64,000 nt of DNA from Escherichia phage vB_EcoM-LTH01: the sequence record PP430345, one strand, 5' to 3'. Made by a program: the position numbers and the translations under genes. The notes beneath the pieces are model-generated. The model ran no database searches. It was given only the letters and a program-made list of their open reading frames with translations, and was not told where the DNA came from. Positions 37,220-46,754 of the stretch are shown piece after piece; position 1 is the first letter of the stretch; each line of letters starts with the position of its first letter.

Positions 37220-37671
37220 AAACTAAAGAGATAATCGAGAGATTGAGCAGGCAGTGGACTTTTAATGCCCTAGGTAAAAACAGATACCGGAACAATATTT
37301 TTAAGAAGGGTGAAAAATGGACTCAATCCGAAGGAATGTCGGCATCCGTGAGTTTTAGAATCCCACTGGACAAGGCTGACAAAAGGATAAACATAAGTTC
37401 AAACAGGCATCTTTTTCAATGGAGAACATCCAAAGATTCTATTGGGAAACCTGATCGTTTCGTTTTTGTTACTTATGGCGACAAGAGCGGGACAAAACGA
37501 ATAGTCCTTGAAGAGTATTTCTTCGATCCAACAGATATACTTGAAGAGGAGATAGAGATGTTTGAAGCGTTGTTCCCTGAAATTTCAAGGTATATCCTTG
37601 CAATGGGGGAAGCTTTAGATGAGGCAGAGATAAAAATTCAAGAGAGGGTAGAAAATGTCATTGTACGATAA
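37216..37671 (+). CDS. hypothetical protein, ALFPE-motif family member
   Basis: TTG start; C-terminal EEEIEMFEALFPEI. Confidence 0.5.
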   Translation: MKTKEIIERLSRQWTFNALGKNRYRNNIFKKGEKWTQSEGMSASVSFRIPLDKADKRINISSNRHLFQWRTSKDSIGKPDRFVFVTYGDKSGTKRIVLEEYFFDPTDILEEEIEMFEALFPEISRYILAMGEALDEAEIKIQERVENVIVR

Positions 37672-38026
37672 AAATATGAAAGGTTTCTTCAATAATACCG
37701 GAGGGAATACCTTTGTGAAGACAGGTGCATCGCCATTACCTATGACGGGTTTTCCTATTCCAAATCCCCCAACTACGACAATTGATAGGGAGGGAGCAAT
37801 ATCTCAAGGTTTTATGACAAAACGTTTGACGTTGAAATACAAAGGGATTTTGATAGAGGGTGTCTTCAATGAGCAGATTTTGGATTTCTTTGCTGACCCT
37901 ATGAACATAGAGAAAGAAGAGATACTTCTCTTAGAGGCTGCAAATCCAAAGTGGGCAGAGGTCCTCAAGGGGGCTTTTCGACAAGGTTGGTTGAATGAAC
38001 AAGCAGATAAACTTTTTTACGAATAA
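37655..38026 (+). CDS. hypothetical protein, family member (degenerate motif)
   Basis: KEEILLLEAANPKW. Confidence 0.5.
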   Translation: MSLYDKNMKGFFNNTGGNTFVKTGASPLPMTGFPIPNPPTTTIDREGAISQGFMTKRLTLKYKGILIEGVFNEQILDFFADPMNIEKEEILLLEAANPKWAEVLKGAFRQGWLNEQADKLFYE

Positions 38027-38035
38027 GGTGATAAA

Positions 38036-38275
38036 ATGGTTGACGAGAGGAAGCTGAATCTTGTATATTATCTCTTACCGGAGCGGGATAGAGAAGAATA
38101 CTTCACTTCCCAAACCACAGAAGGGAGAGCAGAGGATTGGAAATTCTATGAATCTGTTCATCCCGAAAAGGTAAGAGAGATACTCATGGTTTGTGAGAAA
38201 ATCGATGGTGATCTCGCAAAATCTTTAATCGAATACGTAAAAATAAAAGAAAACTTAACAAAATCAGGAGACTAA
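38036..38275 (+). CDS. hypothetical protein, family member
   Basis: YYLLPERDREEYFTSQ...AEDWKFYESVHPEK. Confidence 0.5.
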   Translation: MVDERKLNLVYYLLPERDREEYFTSQTTEGRAEDWKFYESVHPEKVREILMVCEKIDGDLAKSLIEYVKIKENLTKSGD

Positions 38276-38278
38276 CGA

Positions 38279-38440
38279 ATGAATACCAAATTTTTGAAAC
38301 GTGTAATTGCTATCTGGGCGGGTTCTGTTGTTGTTGGTGCAGCATGTGTTGCAGCAGATCTCAAAATGGTTGAAGCTATCATTGTCGCAGTCCCTGCTGG
38401 GTTCCTTATCGGTACAGCTGCTGCTCGGTACATCAAATGA
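38279..38440 (+). CDS. small membrane protein (53 aa)
   Basis: ATG after GGAG; hydrophobic; ATGA overlap with next gene. Confidence 0.35.
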   Translation: MNTKFLKRVIAIWAGSVVVGAACVAADLKMVEAIIVAVPAGFLIGTAAARYIK

Positions 38441-38745
38441 AAAATGAAACTTGGCGTTATGGTGAATTCGGTTATTACTTTGTTGACAGCATCGAAAGAG
38501 ATCGGTACTTTACATCGGGAGACTCTTACGAAGACCGACTGGAAGATTGGAACCTCTTTGCAGCGTTGTTTCCAGAAAGGGCGAATCAAGTTTACAAGTT
38601 GATCGAAGAGAAAATTCTTCGTGCTGAAGAAGAAATGAAGTACAAGATGATGATTCGTGATTTCTCAGAAAGAAACGAGTCAAGGGCGGCAACCCTTCTT
38701 GAAGTCAGAACTGCACTGGCTAATTTGGAGGAAAATGATGATTAA
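38437..38745 (+). CDS. hypothetical protein, family member
   Basis: YYFVDSIERDRYFTSG...LEDWNLFAALFPER. Confidence 0.5.
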   Translation: MKNETWRYGEFGYYFVDSIERDRYFTSGDSYEDRLEDWNLFAALFPERANQVYKLIEEKILRAEEEMKYKMMIRDFSERNESRAATLLEVRTALANLEENDD

Positions 38746-38989
38746 GATATTCAGTTTGGATGGTGGTCAGGGTTGGGCAACAGATGCGAAAACCGCAATT
38801 CTTTTGATGTTTCCTGGTTTAAAGGGTAGCGATATCTTTTTGTCAGGGGAAGTGGTAAAAGAGATGGAGAAGATAGATAATGAGACTCATGAAATCTTCT
38901 TCAATGAGCCAGAAGAGGGGAAACCCGTGCTGTTCAACTCTACTAAAGAAGGGTTGTTAAAAGAGATGAATTTGCTAGGTATGATTTAA
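38738..38989 (+). CDS. hypothetical protein
   Basis: ATG 6 nt after GGAGG; track start 38657. Confidence 0.45.
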   Translation: MIKIFSLDGGQGWATDAKTAILLMFPGLKGSDIFLSGEVVKEMEKIDNETHEIFFNEPEEGKPVLFNSTKEGLLKEMNLLGMI

Positions 38990-39111
38990 ACGCTCTCAGA
39001 ACGATTCTAACGAGGTCTACGACGAGGTAAGGTGATTTATCATTCCCTTAAGAAAACCTCGTCAAAATCGCTTCTGCGGGGCTTATATTTGATATGTAGA
39101 GAGATTATTAA

Positions 39112-39468
39112 ATGACGACGATTGTAATTAACGAAGTTACGGGACAAGTGTACAAGGAGAGAGGTCCTGTTACAGAAGAACATGTAGACTGGTACGGCTT
39201 TGAAGCTCTCGGGATGGAGATCGATAGTATGATCGCTAACCGGATATTTGAAGATAACTCTGTCGAAGAGGAGTACAGAGGTATCTACGATGCAATTAAG
39301 CGGGAAGGTAAATTCACCAAAGGGCTTAAAAAACGGGCAGCGGATTTGGAGAATGTCGTGATATTTTTCAGGATGCCTCTTAGAGCACAAAGAGAATTAC
39401 TTGCCAAACAAAGATTAGAGAGAGGGGTATTTGAATATGAAACTGAAATGTCTGAACGTGATTGCTGA
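39112..39468 (+). CDS. hypothetical protein
   Basis: 118-aa ORF after 120-nt intergenic region. Confidence 0.5.
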   Translation: MTTIVINEVTGQVYKERGPVTEEHVDWYGFEALGMEIDSMIANRIFEDNSVEEEYRGIYDAIKREGKFTKGLKKRAADLENVVIFFRMPLRAQRELLAKQRLERGVFEYETEMSERDC

Positions 39469-39670
39469 TTTTAAAGAAGTTTTTCCGAAAGGTGAATTGT
39501 TTGATGCAACAGAACTTCGGAATGATTTCTGCGATGTGGTTGGTAAGCGGCCTAAGAAGAATGATACTCCGTGGACAGGAGTCCAATCGCTAGGGCATGT
39601 GGTTGTCCTTGGCGTAGCAAAGTTCGAGATTGTTGGTGCTCTAGATAAGGAATCCTCCGATGGCGTATGA
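39437..39670 (+). CDS. hypothetical protein
   Basis: ATG after AGAGAGGGG; track start 39431 (TTG). Confidence 0.4.
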   Translation: MKLKCLNVIADFKEVFPKGELFDATELRNDFCDVVGKRPKKNDTPWTGVQSLGHVVVLGVAKFEIVGALDKESSDGV

Positions 39671-40163
39671 AGCATTTAAGGAAGTCTATGAAATACTCAT
39701 TCGAGATTGGAATTGGAAAAAGATCAGACATACTCAGTATCTTCGTCAACTGATCTATACGGGGGACCACAGCTTTCGCCGAGATATGAAGATTAGTCAA
39801 AGAGTGGGAAAGACCAAGTTTAAATTTCAACGTGGTCGTGGATACTATGACGAGGGTTTTAAGGTTCAGGAAGTACCACGCTTCTGTGTTTCAACATTGC
39901 CGAATGCGAATGGTAAAGGATCTAGGATCTCCTGGATGGCTACCTGTAACAATGAAATCTTCATGGGTGTCCGAAAGGCAGGGTGTAAGGATTGGCAGAT
40001 ATTCAATCTTGACGAGTATTTCGAAGATATTCAAAAACCCACAGATGATGAGATTGACTTCGTTAATGTCCTCTATCCTGAGTTTATAAGAGATCTTCCA
40101 AAACTGAAACCAGGGTTGGATGAGGTTCATAAAGAGTTGCGATGGAGGTTCGGTGGATATTAA
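39660..40163 (+). CDS. hypothetical protein, family member
   Basis: C-terminal DDEIDFVNVLYPEF. Confidence 0.5.
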   Translation: MAYEAFKEVYEILIRDWNWKKIRHTQYLRQLIYTGDHSFRRDMKISQRVGKTKFKFQRGRGYYDEGFKVQEVPRFCVSTLPNANGKGSRISWMATCNNEIFMGVRKAGCKDWQIFNLDEYFEDIQKPTDDEIDFVNVLYPEFIRDLPKLKPGLDEVHKELRWRFGGY

Positions 40164-40359
40164 ATATGAGAATGGTACAAGGGTAAGGATCACAAGAGGG
40201 AAGAATAAAGGCATGACAGCGAGGATAAGTTATATGGCTGATCCACATCACCTCTCGTCAGAGCGAAGATTCTATCTTGTTTTAGACAATCGTAAGGATT
40301 TCTTCGGTAAATCCTTTGTCCTGATGAACGAATCAGGATTCTATGTAATCAGGGGTTAA
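40150..40359 (+). CDS. hypothetical small protein
   Basis: GTG after GGAGG; track start 40120 overlaps upstream by 44 nt. Confidence 0.4.
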   Translation, partial: SVDIKYENGTRVRITRGKNKGMTARISYMADPHHLSSERRFYLVLDNRKDFFGKSFVLMNESGFYVIRG

Positions 40360-40360
40360 T

Positions 40361-40576
40361 ATGCTTAAGCTGGCTAAGGGTTTGAAATTTAGGGGGAAAG
40401 AAATAAATTGCCTTCTACCTATCCCTGTGGTAGAATACTTGGAAATGGAAGAGTGCGAAGATATCGATGAGGATATTTACATCATGATTTGTGCTCTCTA
40501 TCCCGAATGGAAAGATATGGTTGATCAAGCATTTATGACTTTTGGAGGATTGTATAATGAAAGTTCGGATCGTTAA
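40361..40576 (+). CDS. hypothetical protein, family member
   Basis: EDIDEDIYIMICALYPEW. Confidence 0.5.
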   Translation: MLKLAKGLKFRGKEINCLLPIPVVEYLEMEECEDIDEDIYIMICALYPEWKDMVDQAFMTFGGLYNESSDR

Positions 40577-40769
40577 AGTTCGGAAAGGTGAATCAACGCA
40601 TTACGAAGTTCATCGTAAAGTGTTTAACTTGTTTTGGGTAACTGTCCGTATTGGCCCACACGAAGAGTGGAAATTTGAAACATACGGTGAGGCTGTTGGT
40701 GTAGTTAATACGATGAAAGGATGGTACAGCGCAGATCATCGTGAGATTCTTAAAGAGGAGGTCATTTAA
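40557..40769 (+). CDS. hypothetical protein
   Basis: ATG 8 nt after GGAGG; track start 40542. Confidence 0.45.
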   Translation: MKVRIVKVRKGESTHYEVHRKVFNLFWVTVRIGPHEEWKFETYGEAVGVVNTMKGWYSADHREILKEEVI

Positions 40770-41107
40770 TGGTCGAACAAACAGAGATTGAACATCTGAT
40801 TGAAATGGCTAAAAAAGACCATGAACTTGCCAAAGAACTGACGACTGTTTTTATGTGGGAATACAACGCAGAAAAATACTTTCGTATTGAAAACATGGTA
40901 GAAGATTACTTCCCTTTGCTCTACAAGGTGAGCTATATCGTTAAGTTTCTGATTACGAACATCAGCGTACATAGCCGGATGGAAGAGTTAGCCGATTCGA
41001 AGTTTAAGAGCCAAATTGCAGAGGCTCTTGTTGAATCGTACACCATTGGCTTGAAAGATTTCTTGAGTGAACTGGCTCATGCTGTGGAAAATACTGAAGA
41101 ATTATAA
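40769..41107 (+). CDS. hypothetical protein
   Basis: 112-aa ORF. Confidence 0.5.
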   Translation: MVEQTEIEHLIEMAKKDHELAKELTTVFMWEYNAEKYFRIENMVEDYFPLLYKVSYIVKFLITNISVHSRMEELADSKFKSQIAEALVESYTIGLKDFLSELAHAVENTEEL

Positions 41108-41124
41108 TAACTAAGGAGAATAAA

Positions 41125-41304
41125 ATTAAAAATTTAACGAAAGTAATTGACAACATCATTCGTAACGGGCATTATGAAGACCAAGAAGACGAGATGCTTT
41201 ACAGCTACGAAGACTCTGAACTGACTGGTAATTTTGGTGTGTGGAATGAATCAAGTAGTCTGGGGGTTTTTCGTGGTGATGAGTTCATCTTAGGTATTTA
41301 CTAA
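41125..41304 (+). CDS. possible small protein with non-canonical ATT start
   Basis: 180-nt open frame; AAGGAG 6 nt upstream of ATT; no ATG/GTG/TTG near the 5' end. Confidence 0.2.
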   Translation: MKNLTKVIDNIIRNGHYEDQEDEMLYSYEDSELTGNFGVWNESSSLGVFRGDEFILGIY

Positions 41305-41318
41305 ACGAGGAGAAATTT

Positions 41319-41426
41319 ATGAGCATTTGGAAAAACAACGTGCCTGCAACAAACAAAGTGACTTTTACCAAAACCGAGATCACTGTGATGGTCATTGCAA
41401 CATTCATCGTTTTAGTGCTGCTGTGA
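41319..41426 (+). CDS. tiny hydrophobic peptide (35 aa)
   Basis: GAGGAGAAAT SD then ATG; TM-like EITVMVIATFIVLVLL. Confidence 0.3.
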   Translation: MSIWKNNVPATNKVTFTKTEITVMVIATFIVLVLL

Positions 41427-41433
41427 TGTTACT

Positions 41434-41661
41434 ATGCTTAAGTTCATGAATAGATTTGTGAATAGATACAGGATCGTACTAATTGAATATAATCATACAC
41501 ATGCAGGCAAAAAGGTTACTTATGCCTTGCAAAAACGAATAGGTTTTTTCTTTTGGTACACAATGACAAAGTGTGATAGTAAATCTCAGACTGAATACTA
41601 TTACAGCAGGGTAAAAGATAAATCCGACAAACTGGTAAAGATCATAGGTTACAGAGAATAA
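41434..41661 (+). CDS. hypothetical protein
   Basis: 75-aa ORF. Confidence 0.45.
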   Translation: MLKFMNRFVNRYRIVLIEYNHTHAGKKVTYALQKRIGFFFWYTMTKCDSKSQTEYYYSRVKDKSDKLVKIIGYRE

Positions 41662-41671
41662 GGGGCAAAAC

Positions 41672-41878
41672 ATGATTTCTTCAGAGCAGGTTCAATTTTG
41701 TGAATTAAAACAGGATTTCGGGCAGCACAAGAAAGGTGATCGATTTGAGTTTCACTTTGGTAACACTTATCGTGACCCACGTAGAACTTTCGTTGTTGAT
41801 ACCCACTCTGGAGCAATGGTGTTTTGGGAAGAGGACTTTATGAAATTGTTTTTCACGGAGGGTATCGTTGAAATTTGA
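41672..41878 (+). CDS. hypothetical protein
   Basis: 68-aa ORF, SD AAGGGG. Confidence 0.5.
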   Translation: MISSEQVQFCELKQDFGQHKKGDRFEFHFGNTYRDPRRTFVVDTHSGAMVFWEEDFMKLFFTEGIVEI

Positions 41879-41939
41879 AAATAATGAAGAAAAACAAGGG
41901 TATGTGTCTACAGTACCTGAAAGTAAGTCTCGCTCCTTT

Positions 41940-41969
41940 TTGGACTTTGTAAGGAAAAACAGGTATAAT
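41940..41969 (+). promoter_or_regulatory. promoter upstream of RCC1-like gene cluster
   Basis: TTGGAC - 18 nt - TATAAT, followed by GGAACC...GGTTC hairpin and SD. Confidence 0.5.
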
Positions 41970-42044
41970 AGTAAAGTAGATAATGAAACAAAGGAACCTC
42001 TTTATGGGGTTCTTTGTGGTATTCCAAAACAACAGGAGAATTAA

Positions 42045-43244
42045 ATGTTAGAAATGTTGAACTTAGGTGCTGTGGCCTCTCTACCGCCGATTGATGGTGA
42101 AATTTCACCTGAATTTATCCAAGCGCAGCAATCGATAGTTATGTATCTTCACAGGCCAACTGGCAATCTTTACGGGTATGGTAATGCACCTGTATACCGA
42201 TTCGGAGACGGTATCCCAACAGAAGTGCCGAGCTTTAAACTTATCTATTCAAACTGTAAATATTTCTGGTTGGGTCAGGCTAGTACACTTGTTGCAACAA
42301 ACGATGATAAATTCTATTATGCTGGGGTCAGAAACGCATTTCCACCACTGGGGACAGGTGGTGGTAACGTTGCTTACTTTACTGAAGTTACAGTACATTT
42401 TAACAATATTGGTGTGACACCTGATGATATAAAAACTCTGGCGCTCGGTAGCGGATCTTGTAGGCTTCTGACAAAAGATGGTCGTGTTTTCTGCTGTGGT
42501 CTTAACTCTAATGGTGAGTGTGGGAACGGTACAAGAAATATGATTGCAAACTTTGTCCAGATCACCAATATGGGACCTATATCTCAATTGGCTACAAGGG
42601 CTTTCGGTACTCATTTCTTAACTGAAGATGGCAGGGAATTCTTTGCAGGGTACGATGCTTACGGGGAAAGTGGCCTAGGTGCTCTTAACAGCCACTTACA
42701 AACTCCAACATTGGTTACTTCGGGTGTTAAAAACATAATTGTTGCTACGGTATGTACTTGGAGAATAATGCAAAATGGAGACGTGTATTGGAGCGGTTTG
42801 AATACTCAAGGTTCTGCGGGAACAGGTTCATTTAACAACGCAGGTACGGTCCTAAGACCTATAAAAAACGATGCCTTGAGTGGAAACTTACCGGAGGGTG
42901 ATTTATTATATCCATCAGGCATCCAAACAGGTGATGCAACGGGTGCTCCGATCATTTGTTTCGGGAGAAACACTATCAAAAACGGTGGTGAAAACGGATC
43001 AGGTCAAGTGGGTGATGGTGTAAGTTATACATCGGTATATAACTATGTGGACATGTACAAACCTGCAACCTTCGGAGATAAAAAGGTTATTGGGGTGGCT
43101 AAAGATTATGTACGATCATTTATCTTAACTGAAGATTATCAATTGTTTGCCGCAGGTGGTAGAACAGCAAGTGGATGGACACTCCCTGATGGAGGGACCA
43201 GTGTTACACCCATGCGCCTCATGGCTAGTATGCCTTGGTACTAA
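42045..43244 (+). CDS. RCC1-like Gly-rich repeat protein, paralog 1 of 4
   Basis: starts MLEMLNLG; repeated G-x-N-x-x-G-x-x-G-x-G units such as CCGLNSNGECGNGT and WSGLNTQGSAGTGS. Confidence 0.7.
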   Translation: MLEMLNLGAVASLPPIDGEISPEFIQAQQSIVMYLHRPTGNLYGYGNAPVYRFGDGIPTEVPSFKLIYSNCKYFWLGQASTLVATNDDKFYYAGVRNAFPPLGTGGGNVAYFTEVTVHFNNIGVTPDDIKTLALGSGSCRLLTKDGRVFCCGLNSNGECGNGTRNMIANFVQITNMGPISQLATRAFGTHFLTEDGREFFAGYDAYGESGLGALNSHLQTPTLVTSGVKNIIVATVCTWRIMQNGDVYWSGLNTQGSAGTGSFNNAGTVLRPIKNDALSGNLPEGDLLYPSGIQTGDATGAPIICFGRNTIKNGGENGSGQVGDGVSYTSVYNYVDMYKPATFGDKKVIGVAKDYVRSFILTEDYQLFAAGGRTASGWTLPDGGTSVTPMRLMASMPWY

Positions 43245-43257
43245 TAAGGAGAATAGA

Positions 43258-44391
43258 ATGTTAGAGATGTTAAATTTATCTGGCGCGGCAGGGAAGGTCC
43301 CATTTAAGTTGAAAAAGTTTGATATTACAGCAAGCGAAAGTATTCACTTGCTTAGTGAAGCTGGCAATCTGTACTCAATATCACCTACAAATGTAAACTT
43401 ATCGGGAACGGGTGTTACCACAACGCAGTGGACGTTAGTCTCTTCGGGTGTAGATGACTTCTGGGCTGGGCAAGCTTCGCTCTTGTTCAAAACAAAAGGG
43501 GGATCGTGGTTTATTACAGGGTATAACTTCTTCGTACCTAGAGTAGAGAATACGCCCGTTGACGTAACGGCTAAGGTAATGGCAATCAATAAGCCGATAA
43601 GAAAAATAGAAATGGGTGCTAATGCGATCGCTTTCCTTTATACAGATAATACTCTGGCAGTTGCGGGATCAGGCCCCCATTTAGGCTTAGGTTCCAATAC
43701 TTCAGTCCCGAATTTAACTTATGTTGAACCACCAAATACTTCGTTGGGTATCAAAGATGTTGCGATATTGGATACTTCAGTTACTACCTGGATTATAAGC
43801 GGGGGTGATGTATACGGATGTGGAAACGGGGCTTACTCTAAGTTTTCTTCTTCCAACGGGACAGGCCAAAGGACCTCTTTTGTTAGGATACCAAACCCAA
43901 TAAACTCAGCACCACTTGCATTAAAGACTGGATATGAGTGCGTGTATATTTCAGGCTCACGCACAGACGGGGATGAATTGATACTCGGCTTAGGTAGCAA
44001 CGCATATGGGTCATTAGGTGCAGCATCTACTGTTGCAACTGTAACTGACATATCTGTAGTCACAAGCAGTGTTTATTCACCCGCTTACGGGTTTTACCCT
44101 CTCGCCCAAGGTCTTGTGAGGAGAATAAATAACAATATCGGTATTACGGGGAGGACTGCGGGGACAGGCTGGGGATTGGGAACTCAGACGTATTACGGTA
44201 TTACTAGAATAACCACTACAGCAAGTCCGTTATGGGGTCAAATATTTCAAAGGGGTGAGTATACAAACACTTACGTTCTGGCAGAAGATGGTATTTTGTA
44301 TGGGTCGGGTGGGGCTTCAACAGGTAAATTACCTGGTTACACAACAGATCAGTCAACCTATGTGCCACTGGACCTTACCGGACTTGAATAA
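43258..44391 (+). CDS. RCC1-like Gly-rich repeat protein, paralog 2 of 4
   Basis: AAGGAGAATAGA SD then MLEMLNLSG; track start 43147 overlaps paralog 1. Confidence 0.7.
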   Translation: MLEMLNLSGAAGKVPFKLKKFDITASESIHLLSEAGNLYSISPTNVNLSGTGVTTTQWTLVSSGVDDFWAGQASLLFKTKGGSWFITGYNFFVPRVENTPVDVTAKVMAINKPIRKIEMGANAIAFLYTDNTLAVAGSGPHLGLGSNTSVPNLTYVEPPNTSLGIKDVAILDTSVTTWIISGGDVYGCGNGAYSKFSSSNGTGQRTSFVRIPNPINSAPLALKTGYECVYISGSRTDGDELILGLGSNAYGSLGAASTVATVTDISVVTSSVYSPAYGFYPLAQGLVRRINNNIGITGRTAGTGWGLGTQTYYGITRITTTASPLWGQIFQRGEYTNTYVLAEDGILYGSGGASTGKLPGYTTDQSTYVPLDLTGLE

Positions 44392-44400
44392 GGAAAAATT

Positions 44401-45540
44401 ATGTTAGAGATGATGAACTTAGGTTCTGTCGAATTGCCAGAAGTGGAAGGTAACGTTAAGAAATTCGCCGCCGGAGGTACGGGGATTGTTGTACTTATGA
44501 AATCCGGCAACGCCTACGGTATCGGAGATCAATACTTCAGCGGTACAGGGGGGAATGTTACAACATGGAGGCTTCTGGCAAGAAACGTTGCAGATATATG
44601 GGCTGCAACTGGCTCTGTGCTTATGAGGACAACCGCAGATAGATGGTTGTTTATGGGGTTTAACCAATATTTTAATACTGGTTTTGGAACTACGATAACC
44701 ACCCCCAGAGATATAACTACAGATATGCCTATACCCGAAGGATTTGAGATCAAGCAGTTGGTACTCGGGTATCGTAACTTGGCTGTTGTCTTTACCAATG
44801 GGCGGTATGCAATGTGCGGGACTAATAACGCAGGAGGTCTGGGGACAGGGGACACTTTTGCAGTAAGAACCTTAACCTTAAGAACTGACTTCACAAACGT
44901 TGAAAAAATAGATCTTGATTGGGCAACCTACGACACATCTTATCTTCTTACCCAAGCTGGTGAAGTTTATGTATCAGGTGTTTCAAATAATGGACAAAAC
45001 GGGACAACTTCAAACACTACAACTTGGTTTAGGCAAAGCCCAATTAGTGGTGGTACGGTAGTTGACATAATCGCGACAACGCTTGGGTTTTTTAGGGTTG
45101 TACTTTTAAATGGTAATTACTACGTCTACGCACAAGGGCGAAGTTCGTCAGGGAGTCTTGGGGTAAATAACTCAGGTAACATAAACGTTCTTTCACCCTC
45201 ATTGGTATTTTCTAATGTACCTTCAAGACCTCCTTTGTACATTGGTCACCTTAGCGCCCGTATTCTCCACCCCGAAGAAAGGGTATACTATACAGGGGCG
45301 GCTACGGGTAGTTTACAAGGAGCAGGTGCACAATTTCAGTCGTCGTATTCAGTATTTACACGGCTTGCAGAGACTGTACCGTATGGTGGAGAATATTCAT
45401 CCCTAAAAGGTGGCTATGTTGCACACTACTATGTAGATAAAGGAAACCTATATGGTGTCGGTAATAGCAGTGCAGGATTGCTCCCAGGTTACATAGGTAC
45501 ACAACTCTTCGAATTTACACCGTTGGAATTGCCGGAGTAA
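44401..45540 (+). CDS. RCC1-like Gly-rich repeat protein, paralog 3 of 4
   Basis: MLEMMNLG start; CGTNNAGGLGTGDT; C-terminal LLPGY...LELPE. Confidence 0.7.
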   Translation: MLEMMNLGSVELPEVEGNVKKFAAGGTGIVVLMKSGNAYGIGDQYFSGTGGNVTTWRLLARNVADIWAATGSVLMRTTADRWLFMGFNQYFNTGFGTTITTPRDITTDMPIPEGFEIKQLVLGYRNLAVVFTNGRYAMCGTNNAGGLGTGDTFAVRTLTLRTDFTNVEKIDLDWATYDTSYLLTQAGEVYVSGVSNNGQNGTTSNTTTWFRQSPISGGTVVDIIATTLGFFRVVLLNGNYYVYAQGRSSSGSLGVNNSGNINVLSPSLVFSNVPSRPPLYIGHLSARILHPEERVYYTGAATGSLQGAGAQFQSSYSVFTRLAETVPYGGEYSSLKGGYVAHYYVDKGNLYGVGNSSAGLLPGYIGTQLFEFTPLELPE

Positions 45541-45562
45541 AAAACTTCAAAAGGGGAATTAA

Positions 45563-46714
45563 ATGTTAGAAATGATGAACTTAGGCACTGTTAAACTTCC
45601 TGCGGGAGGAGGCAGGGTCAAGAAGTTTGCAGCGGGGCAACAAGGCATCGTTGTACTTATGGAGTCTGGGAAACTCTATGGTCGCGGAAGTCAGTATTTT
45701 AGTGGTACAGGGTCTACTGTAAACACTTGGAAACTGCTAGGAACAGATATCGCAGACGTATGGACGGGTCCCGTATCAACTCTTGCAAGGACAACAGACG
45801 ACAGATGGTTGTTTATGGGATTGAACCAATATTTTAACACTGGTTTTGGGACAACATGGTCCGCGCTGACGGATGTTACAGTGGATATGCCTATCCCTGT
45901 TGGCCTTACGGTTAAGCAGGTAGTGATGGGATACATAAACGTTGCAGTAGTCTTTGCAAATGGACAATATGCCATGTGTGGGACAAATGTCTCCGGTGGA
46001 TTGGGTGTTGGTAACACATCACCTGTGAGAACCTTAACATTAAGGACCGATTTTACGAACGTGGAGAAGATAGACCTCGATTGGGGGACATATGATACCT
46101 CCTATCTTCTTACCCAAGCTGGTGATGTTTATGTGGCCGGACAATCTTCTTATGGTCAAAACGGAACACAGTCTAGCTCCACAACTTGGTTCAGGCAAAG
46201 TTCAGTTAGCGGCGGGACAGTGGTAGATATAGTTGCAACAACCTTAGGGTTCTTCAGGATCGTTCTTTCATCAGGGAGTTACCGAATATATGCGCAAGGG
46301 AGGGACATAAACAATAGTCTTGGAACTAACACCACAAGCAACACACCTCGACTGGCCCCTGTATTAGTTCTTTCGGGAATAGCAAGTGCAGTAAGACCAA
46401 GGGTATATATCAGTCACTATGCTGCCCGAGTTATAGATAGCGATGGAGTAGTATACTTTACAGGACAAGGGACGGGAGATCTACAGGGTGTTGGGACCAC
46501 ACCTCAACCAACGTATCGTGTTTTTTCACAGCTTGACCCAATAGTTCCGTCCGTAGGTGATTATTTTTCCACAAGATCTCAGTACCTGACTAACTATTAT
46601 TTGGAAGATGGTGTTCTGTATGGTGTTGGTCAGGGTGCTCAAGCAACACAGTTACTACCTGGTTATGGAACGACACAGGTTCTGACTTTCTCTGTTCTGG
46701 AATTACCGGAATAA
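45563..46714 (+). CDS. RCC1-like Gly-rich repeat protein, paralog 4 of 4
   Basis: MLEMMNLG start; CGTNVSGGLGVGNT; C-terminal LLPGY...LELPE; followed by terminator. Confidence 0.7.
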   Translation: MLEMMNLGTVKLPAGGGRVKKFAAGQQGIVVLMESGKLYGRGSQYFSGTGSTVNTWKLLGTDIADVWTGPVSTLARTTDDRWLFMGLNQYFNTGFGTTWSALTDVTVDMPIPVGLTVKQVVMGYINVAVVFANGQYAMCGTNVSGGLGVGNTSPVRTLTLRTDFTNVEKIDLDWGTYDTSYLLTQAGDVYVAGQSSYGQNGTQSSSTTWFRQSSVSGGTVVDIVATTLGFFRIVLSSGSYRIYAQGRDINNSLGTNTTSNTPRLAPVLVLSGIASAVRPRVYISHYAARVIDSDGVVYFTGQGTGDLQGVGTTPQPTYRVFSQLDPIVPSVGDYFSTRSQYLTNYYLEDGVLYGVGQGAQATQLLPGYGTTQVLTFSVLELPE

Positions 46715-46730
46715 CAAATTAATAAACACA

Positions 46731-46754
46731 AACCGCCTTTGGGCGGTTTTTTAT
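46731..46754 (+). terminator. intrinsic terminator
   Basis: AACCGCCTTTGGGCGGTT + T6. Confidence 0.8.

Noticed and set aside
42045-46714. RCC1-like paralogs as a CRISPR-like or hypervariable DNA repeat array
   Set aside because: Similarity is at protein level with divergent nucleotide sequence; each copy has its own SD and start.
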